Positions 15,056 through 28,485 of a stretch of DNA of 64,000 nt are shown one piece after another. The position numbers and the translations under genes are program-made. The notes beneath the pieces are model-generated. The model did no database searches and was not told the DNA's origin. It saw nothing but the letters and a program-made list of their open reading frames with translations. The stretch comes from Lama guanicoe. Its lineage: Eukaryota. The stretch covers positions 496,001 through 560,000 of the forward strand of contig MU054032.1 of the NCBI GenBank assembly GCA_013239625.1, read 5' to 3'. Within the stretch, counting starts at the first letter, position 1. Each line of letters opens with the position of its first letter.

Positions 15056-15178
15056 TTGGCAGGGGGAGGGTACAGTGCAAGAGGTAGAGAGCATGCTTAG
15101 CATGCATGAGGTTCTGAGTTCAATCCCCAGTACTTCCCCTAAGAATAAATAAACCTAACCCCACCCGGCCACAAGAAA
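15056..15178 (+). mobile_element. Vic-1-like SINE with TSD, inserted in L1
   Basis: agaaaatggacta at 15043-15055 and 15179-15191; head GGGGAGGGTACAG...GAGTTCAATCCCCAGTAC. Confidence 0.85.
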
Positions 15179-15775
15179 AGAAAATGGACTACTGATACAT
15201 GCTACAATGCAAATAAACCTTAAAAAGATTATGCTAAGTGAAAGGAAGCCAGGCATACAAGATCACATATTGTTTGATTCCATTTATATAAATTATCCAG
15301 AATAGGTAAATCCATAAAAACAGAAAGATCGGTGCTGCCAGGGGCTAGGGATAGTGCGTATGGGGAGTAACTGCTTAATGGATATGGGGTTTTATTTGGG
15401 GGTAAGAAAAATGTTTTAGAACTATATAGAGGTGGCAGTTGTACAATACTGTAAATGAACTGAATGACATTGCAATTTTTTTTTTTTCTTGTGATGTCTT
15501 TTTCTGGCTTTGGTATTGGGGTAATGTTGGCCTCATAGAATGAGTCAGGGCATTTCTTCTTCTTTCTCCTTCTCCTTCTTCCTTCTCTTCTTAAGAGTTT
15601 GAGAAGAATTAGCATCAGTTTTTCAAATATTTGGTAGATTTCACCAAAGAAGATGTCTGGTCCTGGACTTTTTTGATTAGGGGGTTTTTCTACTTGTTAT
15701 GAGTCTGTTCAGACCTCTTATTTCCTCTTGATTCAGTTTTGCTAATCCCTGTGTTTCCAGGGATTTGCTCATTTC

Positions 15776-15943
15776 TTTCTCTTTTATTTTTATTATATTT
15801 ATTGAAGTATAGTCAGTTTACAATGTTGTGTCAATGTCCAGTGTACAGCACAATACTTGTCATATAGGAACATACGTATATTCATTTTCATATTCTTTTT
15901 CACCATAAGTAACTACAAGATACTGAATATAGTTCCCTTTGCT
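15776..15943 (-). mobile_element. Short L1 3'-end insertion with 17-bp TSD
   Basis: agggatttgct(c/t)atttc at 15759-15775 and 15944-15960. Confidence 0.8.
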
Positions 15944-17399
15944 AGGGATTTGCTTATTTCATCTAGGTAATCTAATTTGTTGGTGTACAATTGTTCACAG
16001 TATTGTCTTATAGTAAAGTTGCTAGTAATGTCTCCACTTCTGATTTTAGTTATTTGTTATCTCTTTTTTTTGGACTAGTTAAAGTTTTGCCAAGTTTGTT
16101 CTTTTCAAAAAATTAACTTTCGGTTTCATTTATTCTATTATTTTTCTATTCCTTATTTCATTTGTCTCTGCTCTAATCTTTATCATTTCTTTCCTGTGCT
16201 AGCATTAGGTTTAGTTTGCTCCTCCTTTGCTGTATCTTCCTCTTCTTTCTGATCTCTAAATGGTGAGGGGTTTTAGAGCTCAGTCCTTGTGTTTCAGTGT
16301 CTACTCTCACTCCATAAGTTAGGAAGTAGGGGAGATCCAGCAAAGAAGAGAGAGAGCAAATGTGTCCATGAAGAGGGAGGAGAACCAAGAGAGAAGACTG
16401 TCTCAGAAGAAAAGCAAAGAAACTTTTAACAAGCAGGGACAAACACTGCCGGGAGGGCAAAAAGGAAGAGGATTGAAAATTGGCCAGGGATTTGATCATA
16501 TGTGGAGATTTTGATGACTTTAACAAGACAAGTTTCTCTCACTTGAGAAACTAAACCTGATTTAGAGTGGATTGAAGCTAGACTGGGAGAAGCTATCAAA
16601 GACTACTATCTACTTTCAGACCCTACAGATTACCCTTCTACTAGCAGAAGAATTCACGAGCCACGTTGAAGAGAACCCCAATGTAACTAGGGTAATAACC
16701 ACAGTGGACTGGAGCACATTAAATATAATTAAATCCATGAGTTCATAATGCTCCTTAAAGAAATATGAACTAGTCATCACTGGAAGATGATAGGAACCAA
16801 CCATTATTTTGAAAACTCTAGATAAAGTATCAAACACTTATCCTGTCTTTCCTATATAAACTGTACAGCAGAGTAGCCTACTACAGCTCTGAGGGGAAGT
16901 TTCTCACACGAATATATCAGCTAATAAATGAAGAAGTGATAATGTAATTAGAATATCACCATTTTGCAACTCCCAATGAATTTATGGATTTAAGCTTTGA
17001 GCAACAATCGCTGCTAACAACACAAAAAAAGATAACGAGATATTATATGCCTCCTAATGGAGGAACTCACTGACACCTATGAAGTCTCACCAGAGTAACC
17101 TAATCTGAATCTGATCAGCCTCTCAGTCCAATACCAATTTACATCAAATTCATAGAACAGAGGAAAGATACCACACAGTCAGCAAAATACAGAATGCAAG
17201 CTATTTTATAGGACAACAATCTAAGTTTCTTTAACAAACAGACTGCAAGAGAAAGATACCCTAGAAGATTAATAGATGATATCAATTTCCCCTGAATACT
17301 CCCAGGATAAGGAATGTCTTTTTGAGACAATCAATACAGGGCTGGGCCACTCTGAGAATCAGAAATGTTTTTACTCTCTCTAAAAGTGCACTAAATTCC

Positions 17400-17547
17400 T
17401 TTTTTTTAAAAAAATTATCTTTTTATGTATTTTTTTGTAGGGAGTAATTAGGTTTATTTATTTATTTTTAATGGAGGTACTGGGGATTGAACCCAGTACC
17501 TCGTGCATGCTAGGTATGCACTCTACCACTGAGCTATACCCGCCCCA
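17400..17547 (-). mobile_element. Vic-1-like SINE
   Basis: ggaggtactggggattgaaccc...ctctaccactgagctataccc; attccttttt on both flanks. Confidence 0.85.
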
Positions 17548-18196
17548 GATTCCTTTTTAAAAAGTCAAAAAATGCTGTTTATATATCCTTAAAATATATC
17601 TTGAAGGATACACAAGAAACTGCCTGTAGGAATGGATGCAAACATCACTGCATATCCTTCTGTACTTTTTGTTTTGTTCATGTTTTATGTAGTCAAAAAA
17701 TGAAATAATTGGAAAGGAAGGAAGGAAGGAAGGAAGGAAAATCTTCAGACCAATTATGTTTCTCTGTAACTTCTACCAGGTAGGCCTAGTTCTACCCTCT
17801 GGTTAATCCTGCTTCTATGTAACAACCCTTCACATGTTTGAAGATGTCTGTCTTTTCTCCTTTTGTTTTCTTTTCTCCAACCAAATGTCTCCAGGTCCTC
17901 CCATTGTTCTTTAAGTGACTTGCTTAACAATCTCTTCTCTATTGCCCCGTCTCTCTTGGCTGTTCGTGGTCCAGTTTGTCAATGTGTGTCGCCCAAGACA
18001 GAATATCAGATTACAAGTGGGGCTATCACTTAGCACATCCTGAACACTACGTCTATTAATGGAAACAAAGACTAAATTAAATGACCCAGCGATTCCATTC
18101 CTGGTTATATACCGCAGAGAAATGAAACCATATGTCCCCATCAAAACTTGTACATGAATGTTCATAACAGCATTATTCATAATAGTCAAAAGATGA

Positions 18197-18713
18197 TGAA
18201 TAAAACCAGAATATGTCATCTCAAAATACGTCTCTTTGACATAAAAATTATTTTGAGCTAAAGGCAATTACAAACAGCAAACATAGAAAAATCTCTCTCT
18301 CTCCCCTCTTCCTTTTCTGCCTAAAGGCAGGATATAAAATTTCCTTTACTAGAGACACTCTAGACCCTTATCAGCCCAGAGACGGCACCAGAAAAATCTG
18401 CAAACAAATCTCACTCCATTAGCTTCCTCACATATATTTATCTTTCCACAGTTTCCTACCCTTAGAAGCTTAAAGCCCTTTTCTTTTGTCCTATCATTTC
18501 TCCACAAATTTATTGTTTCTTCTTGAAGATGCCATATTAGACAGAGTTCCAAGTCACTGCTTCCAGTTACTCTTTGTTGAGGTTTCTCCTGTGTGATGCG
18601 CACTGCATGTGTTAATAAACTTGTTTGGTTTTGTCTTGTCAATCTATCTTTCTGTTAAAGAGCCCCAGCTGAGAACCTAAGATGGGTAGAGGTAAAGTTT
18701 TGCCTCCCCTACA
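18197..18713 (+). mobile_element. Solo ERV1-class LTR (MER34/MER39-like) nested in an L1
   Basis: TG...CA termini, 4-bp TSD atga/atgg, internal TATA-like (gatataaaa) and AATAAA; interrupts the L1 motif aatagtcaaaagatg|gaaacaacccaaatgtc. Confidence 0.75.
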
Positions 18714-21700
18714 ATGGAAACAACCCAAATGTCTATCAACGGAAAAATGGACAAACAAAACGTGATATATCCATACAACTGAATATCATTTGCCCATAAA
18801 AAGAATGGAATATTGATGAATGCTACAACTTGAATGAACCTTGAAAACATTATGCTATATGAAAGAAGCCAGACAGGAAAGTTCACATATTATATAATTC
18901 CATTTTTATAAACATCCTGAGAAACATAATCTTTAGAGTCTGAAAGTAGATTAATGGTTGCTTAGGTCTGGGAGGACGATGCGGGGATAGGAGGATGATA
19001 GTGAATGGGTATGAAGTTTTTTTAAAATTGAAGTATAGTCAGTTATAATGTGTCAGTTTCTGGTGTGCAGCACAATGTCCCAGTCATGCATATACATACA
19101 TATATTCATTTTCAATTCTTTTTCATTAAAGGTTATTACAAGATATTGAATCTAGTTCCCTGTGCTGTACAGAAGAAATTTGTTTATCTGTTTTGAGGTT
19201 TCTTTTTGAGGTGATGGAAATGTTCCAAAATTGACTATAGTGGTGGTTACATGTATCTGTGAATATACTAAAACCCATTGAATTGTACACTTTCATTGTG
19301 AATTTTTGAAAGAATATATTTTTGTTTTTAAAAAAGTAAATTAACATTTTTGGTCAATTTCATCATAGTGTCACTTCGTATAGGGTTTCTGCTGACTTGT
19401 CTTTCCAGAAGCTGTTATTAAACCAGCCTATGCTCGATCATCGGTTATGAATTGGGGGTCTGAATGAGCTTTCACTTATCTTGGCTATTTATCATCTTTT
19501 TGAGATTCATCCTTTTTCTGGCCATTATATTGCCTTTTGGATTCTCATAACGTTTTCCGCTGTGCAAGCTATCTGAAAATCAGATCACTGAAATTCAGTT
19601 TTTTATTCATCATTTATACTGTATTATTTCCATGGATTCTAATCTTTGTTTCCACAATCCATTATCTTTACTGCAGTTTGTGATGTTTAAAAAGGCAAAA
19701 CAAAACAGAAATTTCATCAGACCTCTCCCTTACTTAAAATCTTCTAAAGGACTTTCATTGCCCTCAGGATAAAGGCTTACAAAGCCCTACTCTGACCTGG
19801 TCCAATCCTCCAGCTTTGTCTCTCACCACTTCTCTATCCCATTTTGTGTATCTGCCACAAACTGACTCTTTTCTCTCAACCTCCTAATATGCTACTTCTT
19901 CTGGAACATTTTTCCTTCAACAAATATTTATTGAGCCCTATTTCCCAGGCGCTATTCTTGAGCTCGTCGGCACTTACAGCCTAGGGAGAAAAAGATAATG
20001 GACAAGTACACATATCACTACCACATGAAGAAGAGTAAAGCATAAGCAGGGTCCCATACAAGAGTAAGGAGGGGGGGTCTGTGTAGTGGTGGGTGGGGAG
20101 ACGGCAGCCGCAAGGCAACTCGGTTCTTGGATTTCACAAATCCCCACCAAAATAGAATACAGACAGAACAGTTACTAGCTGGCAAAACCAAAAATTCATG
20201 GGCAACATTACAACAAAACTAGGGGGCAAAGTGTCCCCACAAACCCCAAAATACAAGCAGTGGGAATGAACACCGAAAGCCACAAGACCTGCTTGTTGTA
20301 ATGGGTGTGTATGCAGGAGAGAGCAGAGGAAGCAACCCGGGGGTCTGAGAAGGAGAACAGGACGAGCTCCAAATGGGAAGCCTGGCCGGCCGATCCGACA
20401 ACGGCAGCTGAAACTGAGGGAAATTTTGCGCCCCCCCCAGTGGCGGATGAAGGCAAAGGCCCCCACGTACCGGCATGGCCTGAAGAGTTTGGGTTACTTC
20501 ACCCCTTTAAACTCTCCAAGCTGACCATCCAGGGCTCCCTTGCGGGACAGGTCCCAGACTTAAGAAAAACTGCTAAGAGAGGAATCAAAATTGAGCAGGA
20601 CTGGGGCAACGGAGACAAAAGAAGAGAAGGTCCGGAGGAAAGTCGGGTCGGGGTGTGAAGCAGGAAAATCTCACAGAGCAAGCCACCGTATTTTAAACAC
20701 TGACCCCAAAGCAACAGAAGAGGGAGCTCCATCGAGATAGGAAACCTACCTGAACAAATCCTTCAGGAAAATTAAATTCAGGTAAAGATGAGCAGCAGAA
20801 AGTACCAAGTTAAATCCTATACAAAGTTACTATATATATAATCAGAAATAGAAAATCAGCCCTATGGGCATAGAAAGCCTGCCAGACATATGCTCACAAA
20901 ACAGGCGAAACTTGTAACATTTTATTTCAAAATGAGCCAAAAGACGGTAAGAAAGCAATAAGAAACATGAAAGAATAACATAAGCCAGAAATTTTAAGCT
21001 CAAGAATGCTTGAAGTAATAGAACTGAAGGAAAAAACTGAAGTAAAGGAAAAAACATTTTGGCAATGAAGACTGAACCATAAGGAACCCAAGAGCAAATA
21101 AACACAAGTAATGCCTTAAAAGGAATGATGAAAAAGAGGAAGAAATTAAAAGTTGAATGAAGTAAGAGGATTCAAGAGAAAATGACAAACGTTACAAACT
21201 AGGTAGATATTATAAAATCCTTGACTCATATTTTCTTTCTTTAGGTAACTTTTGAGTGTCTCCATGGACCCCACTAATAGGTTAATAGAAATCTCTGAAA
21301 AAGAAAAATAAAGCAAAGGAACAGAAAAACACCAAATACTACTCGAGATAACTTCCCTAAAATTAAAAATTTCAAAACTGTGTATTAAAAGAATATAGAA
21401 GTTACTCAAAAATATTGACCTAGAATGACCAACACCAAGACATACTCTAATAAAATTACTAGACTTTAAAGGAAAACAAAAATTCTTGATCAGACAAAAA
21501 GAGTATGACTCATAAGGGTCAAGTTAGAAAATTATCAAGACTTTTTGACAGCAGTACTTTATGCAAGAAGGAAATGAAGTTGACATATTTTAAATATTCA
21601 AGAAAAGAGCATGTGAGCCAAAGCAAACTAATCTTCAACTATAGTGGCCACCGACAAATTGTTATCAATATGCAGGAACTCAGGGAATATTGTTCCCATG

Positions 21701-22071
21701 AGTCTTTCCTAAGAAGTCCACTAGAGAATGCACTTCAGACAACCCAGCTTCCTATATGGACATCAACATAAGGGCTGTGAATGAGTACTGTAATATTAGT
21801 TACTTATAGAACTGGGACTGAATGAAGGTTAAAAGAGAGAGCATAGTATATAATGACCATAGAATCTGACAATGTAGATATTATAACCACACAAAATGGG
21901 AGGGGATGACATTTGCAAAAAAATTTTTAATCTGTTTTCAGTAATCATAATTGGTGGAGGCAATATTACCAGTTTATTCTGAGACTGTTGAATGTGTCAT
22001 GTGGGGTAAAGCAAACGAGTAATTATGAAATATTCTAATTTTCTATTTATGTACCTTTAAGAACCATGATT

Positions 22072-22510
22072 ATTATTATTTATGGTTTATAGAGGTTTAT
22101 TAAAATTGAAAGTTGATCGATCTTCTATCCCGTAAGCATCCAGCAAGCTGCCTGTCAACTGGTAAGCTGCATGACTGCTGCTGTCATTAATGCTCTTGAA
22201 ATCTTCAGAGTAAGCGAAGGTCTGCCTTTGCTTAAAATTCCTTGTTCTATGCTTTGTAGCCAACCCAACTCTTCACACCTTTGTGTACAAGGTCACCAAA
22301 ATCTGCACTCAAGCAAGCCATCCACAGATAAAAACATACAGCCAGTAGCAAAACAAAAAGTTGGTCCAGACACATCAAAGACTCCAGTCCACCCCTTCAA
22401 CTTCCAGCTAATTCTCCTTCGTGCCTGTTTGTCTGTGGCTAGAGTGTGAAGCTTCCTCTTTAGAACCTGGGAAGAAACAGCCTCATGTAAACTTGGGTGC
22501 AATCTCTACG
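22072..22510 (-). pseudogene. Retroposed polyadenylated mRNA 3' fragment of an unidentified gene
   Basis: AATAAA (22101-22096) followed by a degenerate A tail; TSD aagaacca(tg/ca)att at 22059-22071 and 22511-22523. Confidence 0.7.
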
Positions 22511-24749
22511 AAGAACCACAATTTTTGATGCAAGAAAGAAAATACAGATAATTTGTAGTTTGATAGTTCCAAATTTGAATTAGAAATATCAGTATGAACA
22601 CTCTATATACATAGCTTTGTCCAGTGAAAAGACCTTGAGTGACCAACGCAATAGTCACGAGCGTTCCTAGTTCATGGTGCTAATTTCCATTTCTCATTAA
22701 AGAAACCCAAATTCTTGGAGAAATAGGTGGAGACTGCCGGATGCTGGGGAAATGGTGGGATCCATGGATTGGAGGTAAATGTGAAGAAAACAAACTATTG
22801 AGATCAGCATGGTTGAGCCAGTGACCTGGAAGGTGAGGTGGTTATTGGAGAGCTGGGTTTGAGGTTTCTAAGATGGTAGTTTTTTGGTCGTGCAGAGGTC
22901 TAAAATTAAAATTACTAAAAATTAAAAAAAGGAGAGAGAGAGGAAAGAGTCTTCCAGGGGTGCTCATCACAGAGTGGGGGTTCAGGAGGGCACAGAGGCT
23001 GGGACTGTGGCAGGTCAGGGAGGCAGACAGTAGTGTTGGACTGAAGGAAGGAAGTGGGTGGAGGAAACAAGCTCTGATGGAATTGTCTCATGATCTCTTT
23101 GTGGAAGGAAACATTTCTTCTTAAACTGCTTTATTGTGGCATAACTGACATACAATGAAACGCGTATGTTTAAAGTGATCAGTTTAAGAAGAGCAAAGTC
23201 TTTAGGTAGAATGACAGACCCATGCCCTGAGCAGAGGGGAGCTCCCAGAGTCTTTCTCACTGCAGTCAGTCCTCCGGACATTTAGTTCATGCCAGGGTCA
23301 TCTCCTTGTTCTAATTGTGCTTTAATTGCTTTCAAAGTATATTTGCATATGGCCTGCAAATAATGCAGTTTTAGCTCTTTCTGCTAAGTATTACACTTTT
23401 TTCTTTCTCTATTTTTTGAACTTTGGTCAGAATCTCTAGTACACTCATTCAAAAAATATTTATTGACAGCCAACTACGTGCTAAGCAAACATTTTTGAGG
23501 TCTCTGCCCTCAAAAAGCTTACAATCTATTTGCAAAAAGAGGCTGTATATTAAACAGCAGTGATGCAAGTGACCATTTGTATTATGTTAACCATAGTTAA
23601 CATATAATATACAGCTGTTAACCTTTACCAGGTGAAGCAACTTTCCTTCTATCTTTGATTATTGAAAGTTATTTTTTAGGTTTATTATAAACAGCACTGA
23701 ACTTTACCAAAAGCTCTTTTTGTCTCTCTTTGGATAATTCTATGATTTTTCTCACTGAGTCTATTAATGTGATAAATTACATTTTTAGATTTCTTGTTAT
23801 TGAATTATTCTTGCATTACCAGGATAAACTGTGCTTGATAATGATTTATTTTTAAAGAGACATTTGATTTAGTTTAATTCAGTTCATTGCTATTTTTAAA
23901 CAGCTTTATTGAGGTACAACTGACATTGACAGTGAGCTCCAAATGTCTAAGCTGATAAGCTTTGACATATGTGTGTGAAGCCATCATCACAGTCAGGATA
24001 ATGAACGTATCTATGACTCTCGAAGTTTCCTCGGGAGCATTCATTTCTAACGCATCACTTGGGTTATGGCTGCTTTGGGGGCACCTGCCCACTATGGTGG
24101 GACCTGGTGGTGCGGGGGGCCCAATGGTGGCAGTGGTGCTGCCTCAGTGGTGGCTGGGTGGCTGTGAGCTGTTCCCTCAGACTGCACTCATGGCTCATTC
24201 TTTCTCATCCTTGGCCCTCAGCAGAGACCACATAGCTCAGAAGCCCTCTAACACCTCCAGACGAGAGTGGCTGCTCCTGTTCTGATCTCCCACTGCACTG
24301 ACCCTATCGGTGGTCTCCTTTTATGTTACTGGCGGTTTAATTGTCTCCCTATCCAGATAGACTGTAAGCTCTTTGAGGGCAGAGACCAACTCTGTGTTTG
24401 TTTAGCACTATATTTCCCAGCATCTTGAGCATAGTAGGCCTTCAGTAAATATTTTTGGATGAATTAATGAATGAATGAATCAACCAATCAGCATTTTAAG
24501 TGTTGAAGACGCAAAGGTGAATGAACATTGGATCCAGCCCTAGAAGGCACACAGCCTAATGGAGGAGCAGAAAGGTTAACAGATGCATTCGTTTCTATGA
24601 AGAGCAGTAAGTGCTGTGACAGAATCCAGTATGGTGCAGGCACAAAAGGACTGGTTATCTGTTCTGGCAGGGGACATGGTCTGAGAAGGCTACAGGGTGG
24701 GTGCAGAGCCTGAGTCAGGGCGACTAAACTAGGACTGAGGGTTATGGCT

Positions 24750-25222
24750 GCTACAAGCTGATTAATGACTCCCAAAGATGTCATATCCTCCCCTATGAAA
24801 CCTGTGAATATATTACCTTACATAGTAAAAGGGACTTTGAGGACATGATTAAGTTAAGAATCTTGAGATGGGAAAATTTTCCTGCATTGTCTGGGTCGGC
24901 CCAATGAGATCACAGGGTCCTTACAAGAGGGAGCCGTGACTGTCAGGGAAATGTGCAGCTGCTGTGTGCTGACGCTGACGATGGAGGAGGAGGCCACAGC
25001 CAAGGAACGCAGGCAGCCTCTCGCAGTGGGAAAAGGGAAGGAAGGGGATTCTCCCCAGAGCCTCCAGAAGGAACTCAGCTCTGCTTCTATCTTGATTTTA
25101 GCTCCATATGACCCATTGCAGGCTTCTGACATCTGAAACTGTAAGAGAATAAATCTGTGTTGTTTTACGCCACTGAGTTTGTGGTAATTTTGTTACAGCA
25201 ACCATGGGAACTTGTATTAGTA
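24750..25222 (+). mobile_element. MaLR LTR (MLT1-like)
   Basis: cccaaagatgtc...gtgaatatattaccttacatagtaaaagggactttg... and 3' aataaatctgtgttgttttacgccactgagtttgtggtaattttgttacagca. Confidence 0.8.
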
Positions 25223-26024
25223 CAACGGCCCACGACCTGAAACCTTCCTTCGTGACCTCAGACATCAGTCATTCATTCAGTGCCATGCACTGTTCTAAAC
25301 ACCAAGGAAACAGCAGTAAAATGAGACAAGGTCTCTGCCCTCAAGGAGCTTACATTCTAGGGAGGGTAGACAATTAACAGACAACTCAAGAAATAACTGC
25401 AGTAGTAAGGGGCATGACGAAAACGAAACCAGGTACCAGGGAAAGGACCACTGGTGTGCCAGGGGAAGGGCTACTTTAGACACAATGGTCAGAGGGGAAA
25501 TCTCTCAGGTGACATTTGCACCAAGACTTGCATGACGAGAAGGACCAGTTGTATGTTGATCTGGGGAAGAGCATTCCTGGCAGAGCAACCAGGAAGGGCA
25601 CGGGCCCTGAGGGAGCAATGAGTTCGGAGTGTCCGAGGAAGAGAGGAGGTCCATGCGCGGGAGCAGAAAGGGTCACGGGAGGTCAGAGAGGAATGGTGGA
25701 GCCACATCATGCGGAGGCTCGTATCCACAGCAAGGAGCTGGGATTTTATTTTACTTGCAGAAGGAGGCTCTTAATAAGGATTTGAGTGGGGGAGGGACAG
25801 AATAGGGTTTTTTTTTAAATAATCAAATCTTGTTGCTGTGTAGTGAATGAACTGTGGGGGCTGAGACTAGCAGCAAAAAGACCAGTTCTGAGGTCACTGC
25901 TGGAATCTACCTGAGAAGTGGTGATGGCTTGGGGCCAGTGTCCACAGCCTGGAGGCAAACACTGCTATCAGTTTGTTGAGAATCCTTCTAGAACTGTTCT
26001 ATGCACAAACACAGCAAATGCATT

Positions 26025-26897
26025 TTTACTTTTATTTTTCAAATCATAACCAGTTTTATTGCAAAAGGAAGGACCCTGTACACCGTTATCAATTTTAGTA
26101 CCTTAATAGCTGCCCAACAAGTCATTAACACACAGAAACATACATCATGAGAAGCAAGAACTACCACTCAACCCCTCTGCATATTAGCAACTTGTCACTC
26201 CTGAGCAATAGTGCTCACATTACTGAGGTCTGCGAACACTTTTCACATTCAACCTGAGTGAAAGATGGAATGCCTCAAGTACAAATGCAACATCTTATAA
26301 ATAATTTCTGACAAAAAATGTCACAAATTAAACCAAAGTATTTTAAAACAAAGAATTAACTACACCATAAAAACTGCCTTCCCACCATCCAGCGAGCCAA
26401 CTGCATGCCTTTCGGCTTGATGGTGACTCTCAGCGTGGATGGCACACGGATCGGTATCTTCAAACAAACCCACCAGGTAGGCTTCACGAGCCTCCTGGAG
26501 TGCACGAGTGGCGGCACTCTGGAACCTCAGGTCAGTTTTGAAATCCTGGGCTCTCTCCCTCACCAGCCTCTGGGAAGGCGGCTTCCCCATCAGGAGCTGG
26601 GTGGATTTCCAGAAGACCGACTTCTGCAAGCGCAACGGCCCCAGGCCTGAAGCAGTGAGGGTTTTTTCACCCTGCGGGTAGAGGGCGCGCTTTTCCTGGC
26701 CGCGTGAGCGTCCGGGCGTTTGCGGGGCGCGTTCCCACCCGCGGGGCTCACGCGCGGGGGGCTTGGCTCGGGCCAGCGTCTCTCACCCGGAGCCCACGCC
26801 TCAGGCGGCTTCCTGTCCGCCACGCCGCCCAGTGAGGAGCCCGTTCTCCGAGCTGGAAAGGAGCCCCTCCAACGACCACCCAACCCACTCTGCGCTC
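26025..26897 (-). pseudogene. H3-3B: Histone H3.3 (H3F3B-type) processed pseudogene
   Basis: Intronless 5'UTR + CDS + 3'UTR; H3.3-type peptides [12 protein letters not shown] and [30 protein letters not shown]; start codon mutated to CTG (26776-26774); frameshifts; AATAAA 26060-26055; A tail; TSD gcaaatgcatt at 26014-26024 and 26898-26908. Confidence 0.9.
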
Positions 26898-27199
26898 GCA
26901 AATGCATTCTTGATTGTTTTTTAAAATGAAAATTTAGAAAGGTTAGTAAGTATGTATCACTCTTATAGAGTCATAGAGGGTGTGTTGTGTTTATGCAGAA
27001 ATTACCTTTCCTAGGTAAAGTTGTCCCTAGAGTAGAGAGGGGCAATTTACTACTTCAGCCCTAAACGGTGCTAATTGGACAACCCTTAGTTTTATACTTT
27101 GGTCTCATGAGTTGACTTACCTGATTGGAGGGACTGTCCCACGGAAGTAACCGATCTTGATTCTTTTGCTAGGGATAGGTGCCGTCAGAAATACGTACA

Positions 27200-27766
27200 C
27201 AGGGGAAAATATTTGCAAACGATGTGACTGACAAGGGCTTAATTTCCTGAATATACAAACAGCTTATAGAACTCAATAACAAAAGAACAAACAACGCAAT
27301 CAAAAAATGGGCAGAAAACTTCAACAGACCTTTCTTCAAAGGGGACAGACAGACGGCCAACAGACACATGAAAAGATGCTCAACATTACTAATTATTAGA
27401 GAAATGCAAATGCAAACTGCAATGAGGTATCACCTCACACCAGTCAGAATGGCCATCATCAAAAAGCCTACAAATAATAAATGCTGGAGAGCATGTGGAG
27501 AAAAGGGAATCCTTCTGCACTGTTGCTAGGAACATAATTTGGTGCAGCCACTATGGAAAACAGTATGGAAGTTCCTTAAAAAACTAAAAATTGAGTTACC
27601 ATGTGATCCAGCAATCCCACTCCTGGGCATATATTGGGAAAAGATGAAAACTCTAATTTGAAAAGATACATGTACCCTAATATTCACAGCAGCACTATTT
27701 ACAATAGCCAAGACATGGAAGCAACCTAAATGTCCATCAACAGATGAATGGATAAAGAAGATACAA

Positions 27767-27838
<72 letters not shown>

Positions 27839-28485
27839 GTATATATATGTGTGTGTATGCATATATATGCAATGGGATATTACTCAGCCATAAAAAAGAA
27901 GGAAATAATGGCTTTTGCAGCAAACTGGATGGACCTAGAGATTATCATATATTAAGTGAAGTAAGTCAGACAAAGGCAAATATTATATGATATCGCTTAC
28001 ATGTGAAATCTGAAAAATAGTACAAATGAACTTATTTACAAAGCAGAAATAGACTCATAAACCTAGAAAACAAACTTACGGTTACCAAAGAGGAAGAGAA
28101 AAGGGGTGATGAGTTGGGAGTATGGGATTAACAGATGCATACTGCCATATACAAAATAGATCAACCACAAGGGTTTACTCTATAGTGCAGGGAACTATAT
28201 TCAATATCTTATAAGAAACTATAGGGGGGCAGGGTACAGCTCAAGTGGTAGAGCACATGCTTAGCGTACACAAGGTCCTCGGTTCAACTCAATCCCCAGT
28301 ATCTCCTCTAAAAATAAATAAGTAAAACCTAATTACTGCCTCCCAAAAAAAAAAAAAAAGTGGGGAAAAAAAGAAACTATAATAAAAAAATATACATATT
28401 TATATGTATAACTGAATCACTTTGCTATACACCTGAAACTAACACAATATTGTAAATCAACTATACTTCAATTGAAAAAAAAAAG
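27200..28485 (+). mobile_element. L1 ORF2 C-terminus + 3'UTR with internal (TA)n (27767-27870) and nested SINE
   Basis: Classic L1 motifs aaaagatgctcaacattactaattattagagaaatgcaaa...tacttcaatt poly-A. Confidence 0.88.
28224..28370 (+). mobile_element. Vic-1-like SINE with 11-bp TSD
   Basis: aagaaactata at 28213-28223 and 28371-28381. Confidence 0.88.

Noticed and set aside
26360..26907. Possible functional histone H3 variant gene
   Set aside because: Start codon lost, frameshifts and truncated C-terminus; poly-A and TSD mark a processed pseudogene
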